NCBI GenBank assembly: GCA_002269645.1
Contig: NIVC01000467.1
Coordinates: 62,001 to 126,000 of the forward strand
Length of the DNA: 64,000 bases
Direction of reading: 5' to 3'
Source of the DNA: Macrostomum lignano
Lineage: Eukaryota
The translations under genes were made by a program, and so were the position numbers. Positions 26,601-38,805 of the stretch are shown in pieces. How positions within the stretch are numbered: position 1 is the first letter of the stretch; the number at the start of each line of letters is the position of its first letter. The notes beneath the pieces are model-generated. The model was not told where the DNA came from and made no database searches. It saw only the letters and a program-made list of their open reading frames with translations.

Positions 26601-29600
26601 TTAGAATCGTCTACAATTGGTAGAGAACTGGTTGAGCAGGGCCAGAGTAGGCTAGACCGATTGTACGCTACTCTCAAAGAGATGATTGCCGAGAAACGAG
26701 TCTGGCTGCTTGAGAAGCTGCGTCTGTGTCAGCTGAGCAGACTGGTTGACGATCTGGATGCCTGGATTCGAGTGCGCACCGTCGCGGCTCAGAGCAATCA
26801 GATTGGCGAGGATTTTGATCATTGCGCGGTCATTGACGACCGATTTCGGAGCTTCGCTAAGGAGACGGAAACTGCGGGAGCTGAGCTGGTGGGTTCGATC
26901 GTAGCGCTGCCGGGATTTCCTGAAATTTATTCTCCTGTAATAAATACCCTGATGGGATTTCCTTAGATATACCTAATGAAATTTCCCTAGGATATCCTTG
27001 ATGGGATTCCCCTGGGTTATCCTAAATGGGATTCCCTTAGGATTTCCTTGATGGGATATTCTTGATGTGATTCCCCTGCAATATCCTTGATGTGATTCCC
27101 CTGGGATATCCTTGATGTGATTCCCCTAGGGTTTTCTTGGTGTGATTCCCCTAGGATATCCTTGATGTGATTCCCCTAGAGTTTTCTTGATGTGATTCCC
27201 CTGGGATATCCTTGATGTTATTCCCCTAGGGTTTTCTTGGTGTGATTCCCCTAGGATATCCTTGATGTGATTCCCCTGGGATATCATTGGTGTGATTCCC
27301 CTAGGTTATTCTTGATGGGATTCCCCTAAGATATCCTTGATGGAGGAAGGGAAAGTCAGCGAGGAGATGTCATCGATTGGGACCTGGGATCTAGCCGGGG
27401 TGGAACTGCGAATCAATGAGCACAAAAGTTTGAAAGGAGGATGGGATCCTCCTAGGATATCCTTGATGGGATCCTCCTAGGATATCCTTGATGGGATCCT
27501 CCTAGGATATCCTTGATGGGATCCTCCTAGGATATCCTTGATGGGATCCTCCTAGGATATCCTTGATGGGATCCTCCTAGGCTATATCTGATGGGATTCA
27601 ACGAGGATTTCCCTTGATGGGATTATCCTGGGATCTTTCCAATGGGACACTCCTATGATCTCTCCTAGAGCTTTCTACGAGATATTCTTTAGGATTTTTG
27701 TGATTTGAATTTAATGACATCCTACAATGAGTATCGGACGCTACATGAGATAACAGTTTGCTAATAATCAGACAAACTCAAACAACCAAACAGGTGCACG
27801 AAGCGAACACCTTCGCAGACAGTCTGATCGATTCTGGTCACCAGGCCAGCCCCATCGTGGCCAGCTGGCGCGATCGAGTCAACGAGTCGTGGGCCGACCT
27901 GCTTGAGTTGCTGGACACCCGCGGCCAGCTCCTGTCAGCTGCACTGGCCTACCACCGCTACCTGAGCGACTGTAGCGACGTTCTCGATCGTATCGACGAG
28001 AAATCAGCGTCGATGATTGGCGGCGACGATTCGTCACCTCTGTCGGCCTCTCGTCAGCACGCAGTATTTGAGCGAGATTTGATTGGCTTAGAATCGGCTG
28101 TTCGTTCGATTGACAACGAGGCTAGCGAGCTGCGACCGGCGTACGCTGGCGAGCGGGAGCGGCAGATTAGCGACCTTCGCAATCAGGTGGTGGAGGCCTG
28201 GAACCGGCTGATGAGGCGCTGTCGTGACCGGAAGCTGGCTCTGGATGAGGCTACGGAGCTGCAGCGATTCCTACGCATGGCTAGAGATTTGTCTAGATGG
28301 ATGTCTACAGTCAGCGAGGAGATGTCATCGATTGGGACCTGGGATCTAGCCGGGGTGGAACTGCGAATCAATGAGCACAAAAGTTTGAAAGCAGAAATCG
28401 ATGCCCGAGAAGAGAATTTTGCCATAACGTCGAATTTGGCGAAATCGCTGGTTCAACGACGGCATCGGGAGACTCAGCTGGTGCGGGACACCATGGCTGA
28501 GCTGGCTGGGCAAAGATTCGACCTGGCTGACAGCTGGGAGCTGGTATGGCAGCGGCTGCAGCTCATGCTGGGTGTACACCAGTTCGCCAGAGACGCGGCC
28601 AGCGCCGAGGCCTGGCTGATGACGCACGAGCCGCAACTGAAGATAGGTCGGCTCGGCGACAGTCTGGACGAGACGCTGGCGCTGATTCGGCAGCACGAGG
28701 CGTTCGAGAGGGCAGCTAGAGGACAGGCGAACCGGTTCAAAGCGTTGGAGAAGCTCACCGGACTTGAGGAGCGACAGCTCGTTGAAGACGCCAGCTCGAA
28801 CTCGAAGCTGCTGCTAGAGACAGCCGCTAGAAAGCGACGCGAGGCGGTTGATGCAGCAGTGCCTCAGCTTCCGCCGCCACCGCCGCCGCCGCCGCCGCCG
28901 AAGCCAAAGCCGCAGTCGCAGCAGTCGCGGTCGTTGAGGCCTCCGCCACCTCCTCCGCCGCCTCCTCCGCTTTCGCCTGTTAAAGAAAGAGAAGAGAAGA
29001 TTCCTCAAAGCTATGAGCAGGAGCAGATGGCTTCGGCTGATACTTCAATGGCAGGAGCTCAGCAACAGGCGGCTGCGGCACGGATGGAGGGCGGTCTGTG
29101 GCGCAAGCAGGAGTGGGATCAGGGCGGCAGGAAGGCCCAGCATCGGAGCTGGCAACAGCTGTGAGTTTCAATTGGATTGGACCCAGTTTTTATATGATAT
29201 TTGACAGCAGGCATAGGGAACAAAAGACACGAGACAATGTAGATATGTGGGAAACTCGGGGCACGCAAGGACACACAAAGAACACAAAAGACACAGAAAG
29301 ACGCACAACGACAAATATGCCTGGCCCTGTTTTACCGAGCACAAAAAAAGACAAACTGACACGCAAGAACACACAAGGATACACAAGGACACAAAATAAC
29401 ATACAAGGACACACAAGGTCACACAAGGACACATAAGAGCATATAGGGACGCACAAGGACATACAAGGACACACAATGACACAAAATAACATGCAAGGAG
29501 ACACAATGACACACAAGGACACTCAAGGACACAAAAAGACACATCAGAACACATAGGGACACACACATGACACACAATGACACAAAATAACATACAAGGA

Positions 29601-30346
29601 CACACAAGGTCACACAAGGACACATAAGAGCATATAGGGACGCACAAGGACGTACTAGGACACACAATGACACAAAATAACATGCAAGGAGACACAATGA
29701 CACACAAGGACACACAAGGACACAAAAAGACACATCAGAACACATAGGGACACACATGGCACAAGCACATACAAGGACACACAAGGACACACAAGGACAC
29801 ACAAGGACACACAAGGACACACAAGGACATACAAGGACATACAAGGACACACAAGGACACACAAGGACATACAAGGACACACAAGGACACACAATGACAC
29901 AAAAGGACACACAAGGACACACAAGGACGCAAGGATTCACAAGGACGCAAGGACACACAAGGACGCATAAGGACACACAAAGACACATAAGGACACACAA
30001 TGACAAAAAATGACGCACAAAGAACCTTCTAAAACCTACCCACAGTCACGTGATTCTCGACTCTGGCCAGCTGCGCTTCTACAAAGACCAGCGCATCGCT
30101 CGAGACAGACCCGAGGACACATTCCATCGCGAGGCGCCGCTAGACCTGAGTGGCGCCAGCTGCGCCCCAGCCGCAGACTACACTAAGCGACTGTTTGTGT
30201 TCAGACTGAAACTAGCGAACGGATGCGAGTACCTGTTCCAACCGAGAATGGAGTCGGAACGCAACGATTGGGTGCGCAAGATTAACGCTGCTAGCGGTAG
30301 AGGATCTCAGGCAGCCGCTGGGACAGGAAGACTCTTCCATAAGTAG
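4157..30346 (+). CDS. SPTBN1: Beta-spectrin (CH1-CH2, 17 spectrin repeats, proline-rich linker, PH domain), 17 coding exons, ~2395 aa
   Basis: Exons with GT-AG borders and consistent phases: 4157-4450, 5010-5461, 12535-12650, 13230-13492, 14833-15249, 15910-16071, 16866-17080, 17687-18107, 18555-19064, 20392-20874, 22118-22495, 22949-23370, 24538-24652, 25106-25528, 26040-26888, 27794-29160, 30046-30346 (7188 nt). Diagnostic motifs: [109 protein letters not shown], and the PH motif [18 protein letters not shown]. The symbol denotes the conventional beta-spectrin class, not proven one-to-one orthology. Confidence 0.95.
4597..4899 (-). mobile_element. tRNA-derived SINE, family 1 (full copy) in spectrin intron 1
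   Basis: Minus-strand head GGGGCTTGTAGCCTAGAGG...GGTTCGATTCTC (A and B boxes), central AAGCAAGACACTTAAC...CAGTTAAATGGG, and (TAT)n tail. Possible CTATATA TSD at 4590-4596 and 4899-4905. A second copy lies at 47702. Confidence 0.8.
5969..6216 (+). repeat. 5' LTR (248 bp)
   Basis: Base-for-base identical to 10241-10488 on manual comparison. TG...CA termini and an internal TATATA. Confidence 0.97.
6218..6232 (+). other. Primer-binding site complementary to the 3' end of tRNA-Ser(GCU)
   Basis: TGGCGACGAGGATGG begins 1 nt after the LTR and matches the reverse complement of the conserved eukaryotic tRNA-Ser(GCU) end ...CCATCCTCGTCG-CCA (recalled, not searched). Confidence 0.8.
6229..7041 (+). CDS. 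gag: Gag (capsid plus start of the zinc-knuckle region) of the LTR retrotransposon
   Basis: [25 protein letters not shown] and [40 protein letters not shown]. The knuckle C-TR-C-GRD-H continues in the pol frame after position 6938. Confidence 0.85.
   Translation: MAASIPAPTPFLANCGSPTVPWSRWIEAFEFYYEAAQFKEPEGKEEAKPLKKSLLLHLLGFEGQRVARARQAIKENDTFAATKAELEKIFGEKPNVMVARYRFRQRQQLPGEDVKTFVAALRELTELCNYGAIQDDLIRDQLAEKTSNPRIRERLLTEKVEDLNLAKALSIAVSIEEASKEAKAMAPSISSTAAVQSIRQPRGQKVAAKGRHRPAPAGRTAKPGGACTRCGRDHGPPVRPRARHATLVARRTTSGVAVAASRLLSMPRTR
6939..10175 (+). CDS. pol: Pol: end of Gag knuckles + aspartic protease + reverse transcriptase + RNase H + integrase
   Basis: The frame is open from [17 protein letters not shown] (6939) through the supplied ORF 7038-10175. 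Motifs: PR VDCGA; [26 protein letters not shown]; [19 protein letters not shown]; IN HEGHQG..CVAC, DIVG, DNGPQF, TNGQTER. Confidence 0.93.
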   Translation, partial: CPAKGKTCDACGKKNHFRSCCRSQQAAVNAADEVITVYAVAGGDREVRATLELGPDRTAVSLMVDCGARVSLLSRQTVDRISGAVTSPTTTKLRAYGGLPIQLSGVTELEVRYGDKAMQHRFFVAPGGDNIVGRDLMEKLGFRVDLSGQPPGIAEVSDLTADLQARYPTTFSGAIGCCAGAVHQPKVDPAVRPVQQPLRRLPLMRQEQVGAELDKMEKDGIIERVNASEWVSNLVVTAKKDGSIRICVDVREPNKALIVDKHPMPQLDEIASKIKKGRGRVFSKIDLKSGYMQMQLHESSRNLTAFITHKGLFRYRRVPFGLASAPAAFQRMLDDQAADLDGVEHILDDFIVYGRSEEEHDRRLEKLLQRLEDKGMTVNKQKCAFKQKEVEFFGFVISEAGIRPTESATAAIRDIRQPGDQKALKSFLGAANFLMRFVPHYADITEPLRRLLKAGSNFDWTPECQRAFEAVKDAISKAPTLAHFDPKADTIVTTDASAKAIGAQLSQIQDGVERPVAFAARALTTTEQRYAANEREALASLWAMEKWHFYLYGRHFELRTDHQALQQLLLGPTGTGHRPLRIHRWCDRLLQYDFHVRYLPGNSNYVADLLSRRSSGSELNLIHLPDTPGPRVKAVTLEALSAGTAADETLRTAIRSVISGRWPADIDDVELRALWKVREQLSVWNNGECLAFQERAVIPESLRGQLLEQAHEGHQGIVRTKQALRDSVWWPAMDKAVETFVRHCVACETAEKNFKVSPAPLKTIRWPDSPWAEIAVDIVGELQAAPASSRYLIVVTDLHSKWPEVIPTASITTETICRAMRSLFARWGLCEKVLTDNGPQFGSEFSDFLAEQGIRHVKTSLYHPQTNGQTERLNRSLLASIRAAMAENRPFQDAVTNFLSAYRSSKHSLTGKSPAELMLGRKWRTAITMLSPGGGMTTTEATPQALRQQIEARQQRIKAYTDARRRARPETFHPGDWVRIRRPTKKGKLGTRLSRPLQVLRQAGHHAVELSDGTRWNQQRLIRTPHPAQPRERFDPLVDSAPTTGAGTAAPAAPAASLRQEQQRPADLSEPGTRRYAT
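10226..10240 (+). other. Polypurine tract
   Basis: GAAGGAGGGGAAGAA immediately precedes the 3' LTR. Confidence 0.9.
10241..10488 (+). repeat. 3' LTR (248 bp)
   Basis: Identical to the 5' LTR and followed by the TSD GTATG. Confidence 0.97.
12712..13216. repeat. 21-bp minisatellite (CCTGAATTTGGCGCTAATTAT)n, spectrin intron 3
   Basis: Visible tandem units. They explain the artefactual LNLALII ORFs. Confidence 0.95.
13515..14790. repeat. Compound minisatellite: 30-bp unit, then 18-bp (CAGTGACCTACCAACTCC)n, spectrin intron 4
   Basis: Visible tandem units. They explain the TYQLPV and SDLPTP ORFs. Confidence 0.95.
15320..15700. repeat. Degenerate GGGAATTTCTC-based repeat, spectrin intron 5
   Basis: Recurring GGG(A/C)ATTTCTC motifs. 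Confidence 0.7.
16072..16842. repeat. (GTTA)/(GTCA)n microsatellite, spectrin intron 6
   Basis: Near-pure GTCA run at ~16164-16842. Confidence 0.97.
17093..17645. repeat. (ATTG)n microsatellite, spectrin intron 7
   Basis: Visible, with internally duplicated variant blocks. Confidence 0.97.
18130..18515. repeat. 28-bp minisatellite (GTTGCTGGGCCAGCCTCCCAGATCCTCA)n, spectrin intron 8
   Basis: Visible tandem units. Confidence 0.92.
19901..20110 (-). mobile_element. tRNA-derived SINE, family 2 (copy A)
   Basis: Minus-strand head GGGTGCCGTAGCCCAGTGG...GGCTCGATTCCAAG and a 3' stem-loop CCTAAC..GTTAGG. Highly similar to 24248-24425. Confidence 0.8.
20211..20262 (+). mobile_element. SINE family 2, 3' fragment (copy C), inverted relative to copy A
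   Basis: CCCCCAAGGCACAGAGAGTGTACATGCCTGA matches the family tail. Confidence 0.55.
21108..22109. repeat. 25-bp minisatellite (AATGTACACTGGCCAATCCTCACCC)n, spectrin intron 10
   Basis: Visible tandem units ending within about 8 nt of the acceptor. Confidence 0.95.
22511..22806. repeat. 34-bp minisatellite (CTTGAATCTGCCTCTCCGCTCTCCTCACTCAGTC)n, spectrin intron 11
   Basis: Visible tandem units. Confidence 0.93.
23500..24075. repeat. ~33-bp minisatellite (GTGTCATTAGGCGTCAACCTCTAATCCCTAATGG-like), spectrin intron 12
   Basis: Visible, diverged units. Confidence 0.9.
24248..24425 (-). mobile_element. tRNA-derived SINE, family 2 (copy B)
   Basis: Aligns with 19901-20110 apart from a ~30-bp internal deletion. 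Confidence 0.8.
24705..25015. repeat. Degenerate 18-bp repeat (AAGTGTCTAATGTGTCTT-like), spectrin intron 13
   Basis: Visible periodicity. Confidence 0.85.
25575..25930. repeat. ~23-bp minisatellite (GAATGGATTTCCCTGGGATCTCCCTT-like), spectrin intron 14
   Basis: Visible tandem units. Confidence 0.88.
26950..27620. repeat. ~25-bp minisatellites (TGATGTGATTCCCCTGGGATATCCT and GGGATCCTCCTAGGATATCCTTGAT), spectrin intron 15
   Basis: Visible units, interrupted by an exon-derived insert at 27354-27436. Confidence 0.9.
27354..27436 (+). other. 83-bp exact copy of spectrin exon 16 sequence (28309-28391) inserted in intron 15
   Basis: AGTCAGCGAGGAGATGTCATCG...CACAAAAGTTTGAAAG is identical at both positions. 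Confidence 0.95.
29200..30020. repeat. Degenerate 10-bp (ACAAGGACAC)n repeat, spectrin intron 16
   Basis: Visible. It produces artefactual C/V/L-rich minus-strand ORFs. Confidence 0.9.
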
Positions 30347-30474
30347 CGGATTTTTACGAGTAAATAATTAACTGACAACAGCTGTTTGGCTTTTCTATCG
30401 CTTTTACATATTTTGTTTTAGTTAACTGTAAAAGTGCAATTTTTTAAATTATGGGGTTCGACCCAGGTGAGGTA

Positions 30475-31945
30475 CCTATGCCAGTGGGGTGTCCACCCAG
30501 TTGAATTATCTATGCCAGTGGGGTGTCCACCCAGTTGATTTATCTATGCCAGTGAGGTGTCCACCCAGTTGAATTATCTATGCCAGTGGGGTGTCCACCC
30601 AGTTGAATTATCTATGCCAGTGAGGTGTCCACCCAGTTGATTATCTATGCGAGTGAGGTGTCCACCCAGTTGAATTATCTATGCCAGTGGGGTGTCCACC
30701 CAGTTGAATTATCTATGCCAGTGGGGTGTCCACCCAGTTGAATTATCTATGCCAGTGGGGTGTCCACCCAGTTGAATTATCTATGCCAGTGAGGTGTCCA
30801 CCCAGTTGAATTATCTATGCGAGTGAGGTGTCCACCCAGTTGAATTATCTATGCCAGTGAGATGTCCACCCAGTTGAATTATCTATGCCAGTGAGGTGTC
30901 CACCCAGTTGAATTATCTATGCCAGTGGGGTGTCCACCCAGTTGAATTATCTATGCCAGTGAGGTGTCCACCCAGTTGAATATCTATGCCAGTGAGGTGT
31001 CCACCCAGTTGAATTATCTATGCCAGTGAGGTGTCCACCCAGTTGAATATCTATGCCAGTGAGGTGTCCACCCAGTTGAATTATCTATGCCAGTGGGGTG
31101 TCCACCCAGTTGAATTATCTATGCCAGTGGGGTGTCCACCCAGTTGAATATCTATGCCAGTGAGGTGTCCACCCAGTTGAATTATCTATGCCAGTGGGGT
31201 GTCCACCCAGTTGAATTATCTATGCCAGTGGGGTGTCCACCCAGTTGAATTATCTATGCCAGTGAGGTGTCCACCCAGTTGAATTATCTATGCCAGTGGG
31301 GTGTCCACCCAGTTGAATTATCTATGCCAGTGAGGTGTCCACCCAGTTGAATATCTATGCGAGTGAGGTGTCCACCCAGTTGAATTATCTATGCCAGTGG
31401 GGTGTCCACCCAGTTGAATTATCTATGCCAGTGGGGTGTCCACCCAGTTGAATTATCTATGCCAGTGGGGTGTCCACCCAGTTGAATTATCTATGCCAGT
31501 GAGGTGTCCACCCAGTTGAATTATCTATGCGAGTGAGGTGTCCACCCAGTTGAATTATCTATGCCAGTGAGGTGTCCACCCAGTTGAATTATCTATGCCA
31601 GTGAGGTGTCCACCCAGTTGAATTATCTATGCCAGTGGGGTGTCCACCCAGTTGAATTATCTATGCCAGTGAGGTGTCCACCCAGTTGAATATCTATGCC
31701 AGTGAGGTGTCCACCCAGTTGAATTATCTATGCCAGTGAGGTGTCCACCCAGTTGAATATCTATGCCAGTGAGGTGTCCACCCAGTTGAATTATCTATGC
31801 CAGTGGGGTGTCCACCCAGTTGAATTATCTATGCCAGTGGGGTGTCCACCCAGTTGAATATCTATGCCAGTGAGGTGTCCACCCAGTTGAATTATCTATG
31901 CCAGTGGGGTGTCCACCCAGTTGAATTATCTATGCCAGTGGGGTG
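30475..31945. repeat. 33/34-bp minisatellite (ATCTATGCCAGTG[G/A]GGTGTCCACCCAGTTGAATT)n downstream of the spectrin stop
   Basis: Head-to-tail units with no unique spacers. Confidence 0.95.
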
Positions 31946-34031
31946 GTGGTCCTCGTAGCTATGCCAGTCCCACCTACTATGCATACATCTGTCTTCGTCC
32001 AATTAAAATCCTATATACTTTTGTTTTAATTAGCATTGGTATTTTGTTTCATTTTCGAATGGCGCAACGCAGCTCAATTGAAAGTTAGTTTTTTTTGCTT
32101 TAGTTCATATATATAGCGGTTTTTACACTTACTATTAATACTGTAATCATTTAAAGCATGAAAAATACTATACATTCCAATCTAATTTTACCGAGCCTTT
32201 GATCTCTTCAATTTTTTAATAACAACAAAAATTTCGCACTTTACGCGAGAAGATTTATTAATTTATTCTCACGCCCATAAAAATGATTGATTTCGCACTA
32301 TTTTCTACTCACACTACTAACTCAAGCCTAGTAACTGAGTAGTAATATTTCGTTTCGTACTCAATTGATTTCGATTTTTACAAATTGCAATTTTCTAAAC
32401 ACACCCTCAAAATTGCCGTTAAATCGTCCTTTTTTGTCCTATTTTAGTCGCCTAATACTAGTCTTTAAGCTAAGCTATAATTGCTACCAAAATGCTTCTT
32501 ACTTAAAACATTCCTGCGTTATTATAGCTCGATTTCATTCAAAGAACTATTGAGAATTATACGAGTTGTCCTGACTTTTTATTGGTTTAGCGTTTTTTTA
32601 TTTCCATTGGTTAATTCGAGAAATTTTTTGCGCATCGCCGGACCTGATTTTTTACAGCATCGATTTTGTCATGTGCACTTTTGTTTTTGTTGGAAGTCAC
32701 ACCGTGTGCTGCACACTTAATAGCTCTAATTGGCTAAGCTTTCTTTGCGATTTGCACCTACTGCAAAGACACATTAAAGTATTTTATTTTGTTTGTTTCA
32801 ATAATTTAGCCTAAATTAGACTGTCATCCTACTATTATACATATGCAGATTAGTATTAGCGAATAAACGCACAACGTCTTGTACTCAAAAATAATTTTCA
32901 TTTCGCTCAATTTATTTCCATTTTCTGAGAAAAAGTCTAAACTATAATATACAGTTTTATAGTCTAGTTATTTCACTCATTTTAATCTAATTAATAAATA
33001 TCATTCATTCAGTTTGATACAGACTCAAAATCATTCAGCAGAAATACATTTAGCTATAAAATAAATATAGTTTTTGTGACTTCTAAAATCTGATCCAAAG
33101 TATTTTCGTCTTGCTTCTATCATTTTGCTTGTGACATGAGGAGAACTATTCTCTGTTAAGTAAAAACATGCAAAACCTTTTAAAGTTCCATTTGCAATAC
33201 ATTTATACAGCGATGCGTTCGAACACATGCACGTACGTTTAATACCATCAAAAGTTACTCTCGGAAGTAATATCTTGGTGTAGATGTTTCATCAAAACTT
33301 TCGGAATAAAAGTACAGTATATACTTTCAACTAAAAGATTTACGAGCATCACATAGGTAGCATTGACATTCTGTTTTCCGCTTATTCTCGTCAATGAAAA
33401 TGATTAGTTTTGTTATACTTTTTAGCGACGGTATCTATTATAAATACAAAAATTAAACTTTATTAGTATTCTGGCATTATTGATAAGTGCTTACCGTATT
33501 CTTGTGTCCATTTTTTGTGTCAATCCGTCAACTGTCAACCATAGCTTGCGTATTTTCAAACACACGACAGTAATTAAACTTCACAGGTATTATGTACATA
33601 ATATGCTTTCTTTCATATGCTTTCTTTCATATTTAAAATAGAGCAAAGGTACAATTAACAATTTGTTGTAAGCTTGGGTCTTAAGAATAAATATTTCAAT
33701 GTTTTCATAAATAGTGAGCGTTGAGAAAAATTGGCTAGTGCTATGTTATAGTCCTTGTTATAGTTTGGCTTGTCCTGATTTAGCCTAACAAAATAGTCAT
33801 TTATATAATCTTGTATTGATATTTTAGAAATAAAGTTTTATGTCATGTTTTTAATAAGATAATACAAACAAACTATCAAAAAATTGTAACAAAAGTAATA
33901 AATCTATCTTAAACAAAGCTTCTAAACTTGAAGTCAATGCTTTAATTCGAATTTCTGTTTATTTTAAAATTAGCAGAAAAAGAACTTCTTTATATAATTA
34001 TTGGTTTAATATTTCTGCTACATCAAAAGAG

Positions 34032-38248
<4,217 letters not shown>

Positions 38249-38484
38249 ACATAAAACTGACAATTGCTTTAGAATTTCAAGCGAATCTCTTGGACTTTTG
38301 ATCTTAAAAACACTCGAATGTTTTGTATTGGTACTGTAGTACGCAAAATCTAATACAAGTGTAGTACAGTATGTACGATGAAAATACATGAATTATTTCA
38401 CTCAATTCGATTTGAAAATCTTTTATAATAAATCGTTACTATGCAGTAGACTTGTTATAATATTCTATAATGATTTTAAAGAAA

Positions 38485-38805
38485 TAAATGTACAACTTTC
38501 AAGGATAACGTACATACTTTGAAGATGCACAAACTTTGAAGGAGGTGTACAAACTTTCAAATGAGTGTACAAATTTAAAATAAGGTGTACAAACTCTGAA
38601 GGAGGTGTACAAACATTACTATGTTTAAGGATGTTTAAAAACTTTGTAGGTGTAAAAACTTTGAAGATGTACAAACTTTGAATGGGATCTAAAAACTTTG
38701 AATGAGTACAAACTTTGAATGAGATGTACAAACTTTGAATGAGATGTACAAACTTTGAAGATAGTGTACAAACTTTAAAAATGGTGTACAAACTTTGAAA
38801 AAGTT
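38485..38805. repeat. Degenerate ~20-bp repeat with a TGTACAAACTTTGAA core
   Basis: Visible periodic core. Confidence 0.85.

Noticed and set aside
30475-31945. CRISPR-like array of ~34-bp partly palindromic repeats
   Set aside because: Units are head-to-tail with no unique spacers, no cas genes are present, and the context is eukaryotic.
38485-38805. CHR (TTTGAA) cell-cycle elements in the array
   Set aside because: It is a 6-mer in AT-rich DNA with no adjacent TSS, so chance is sufficient.
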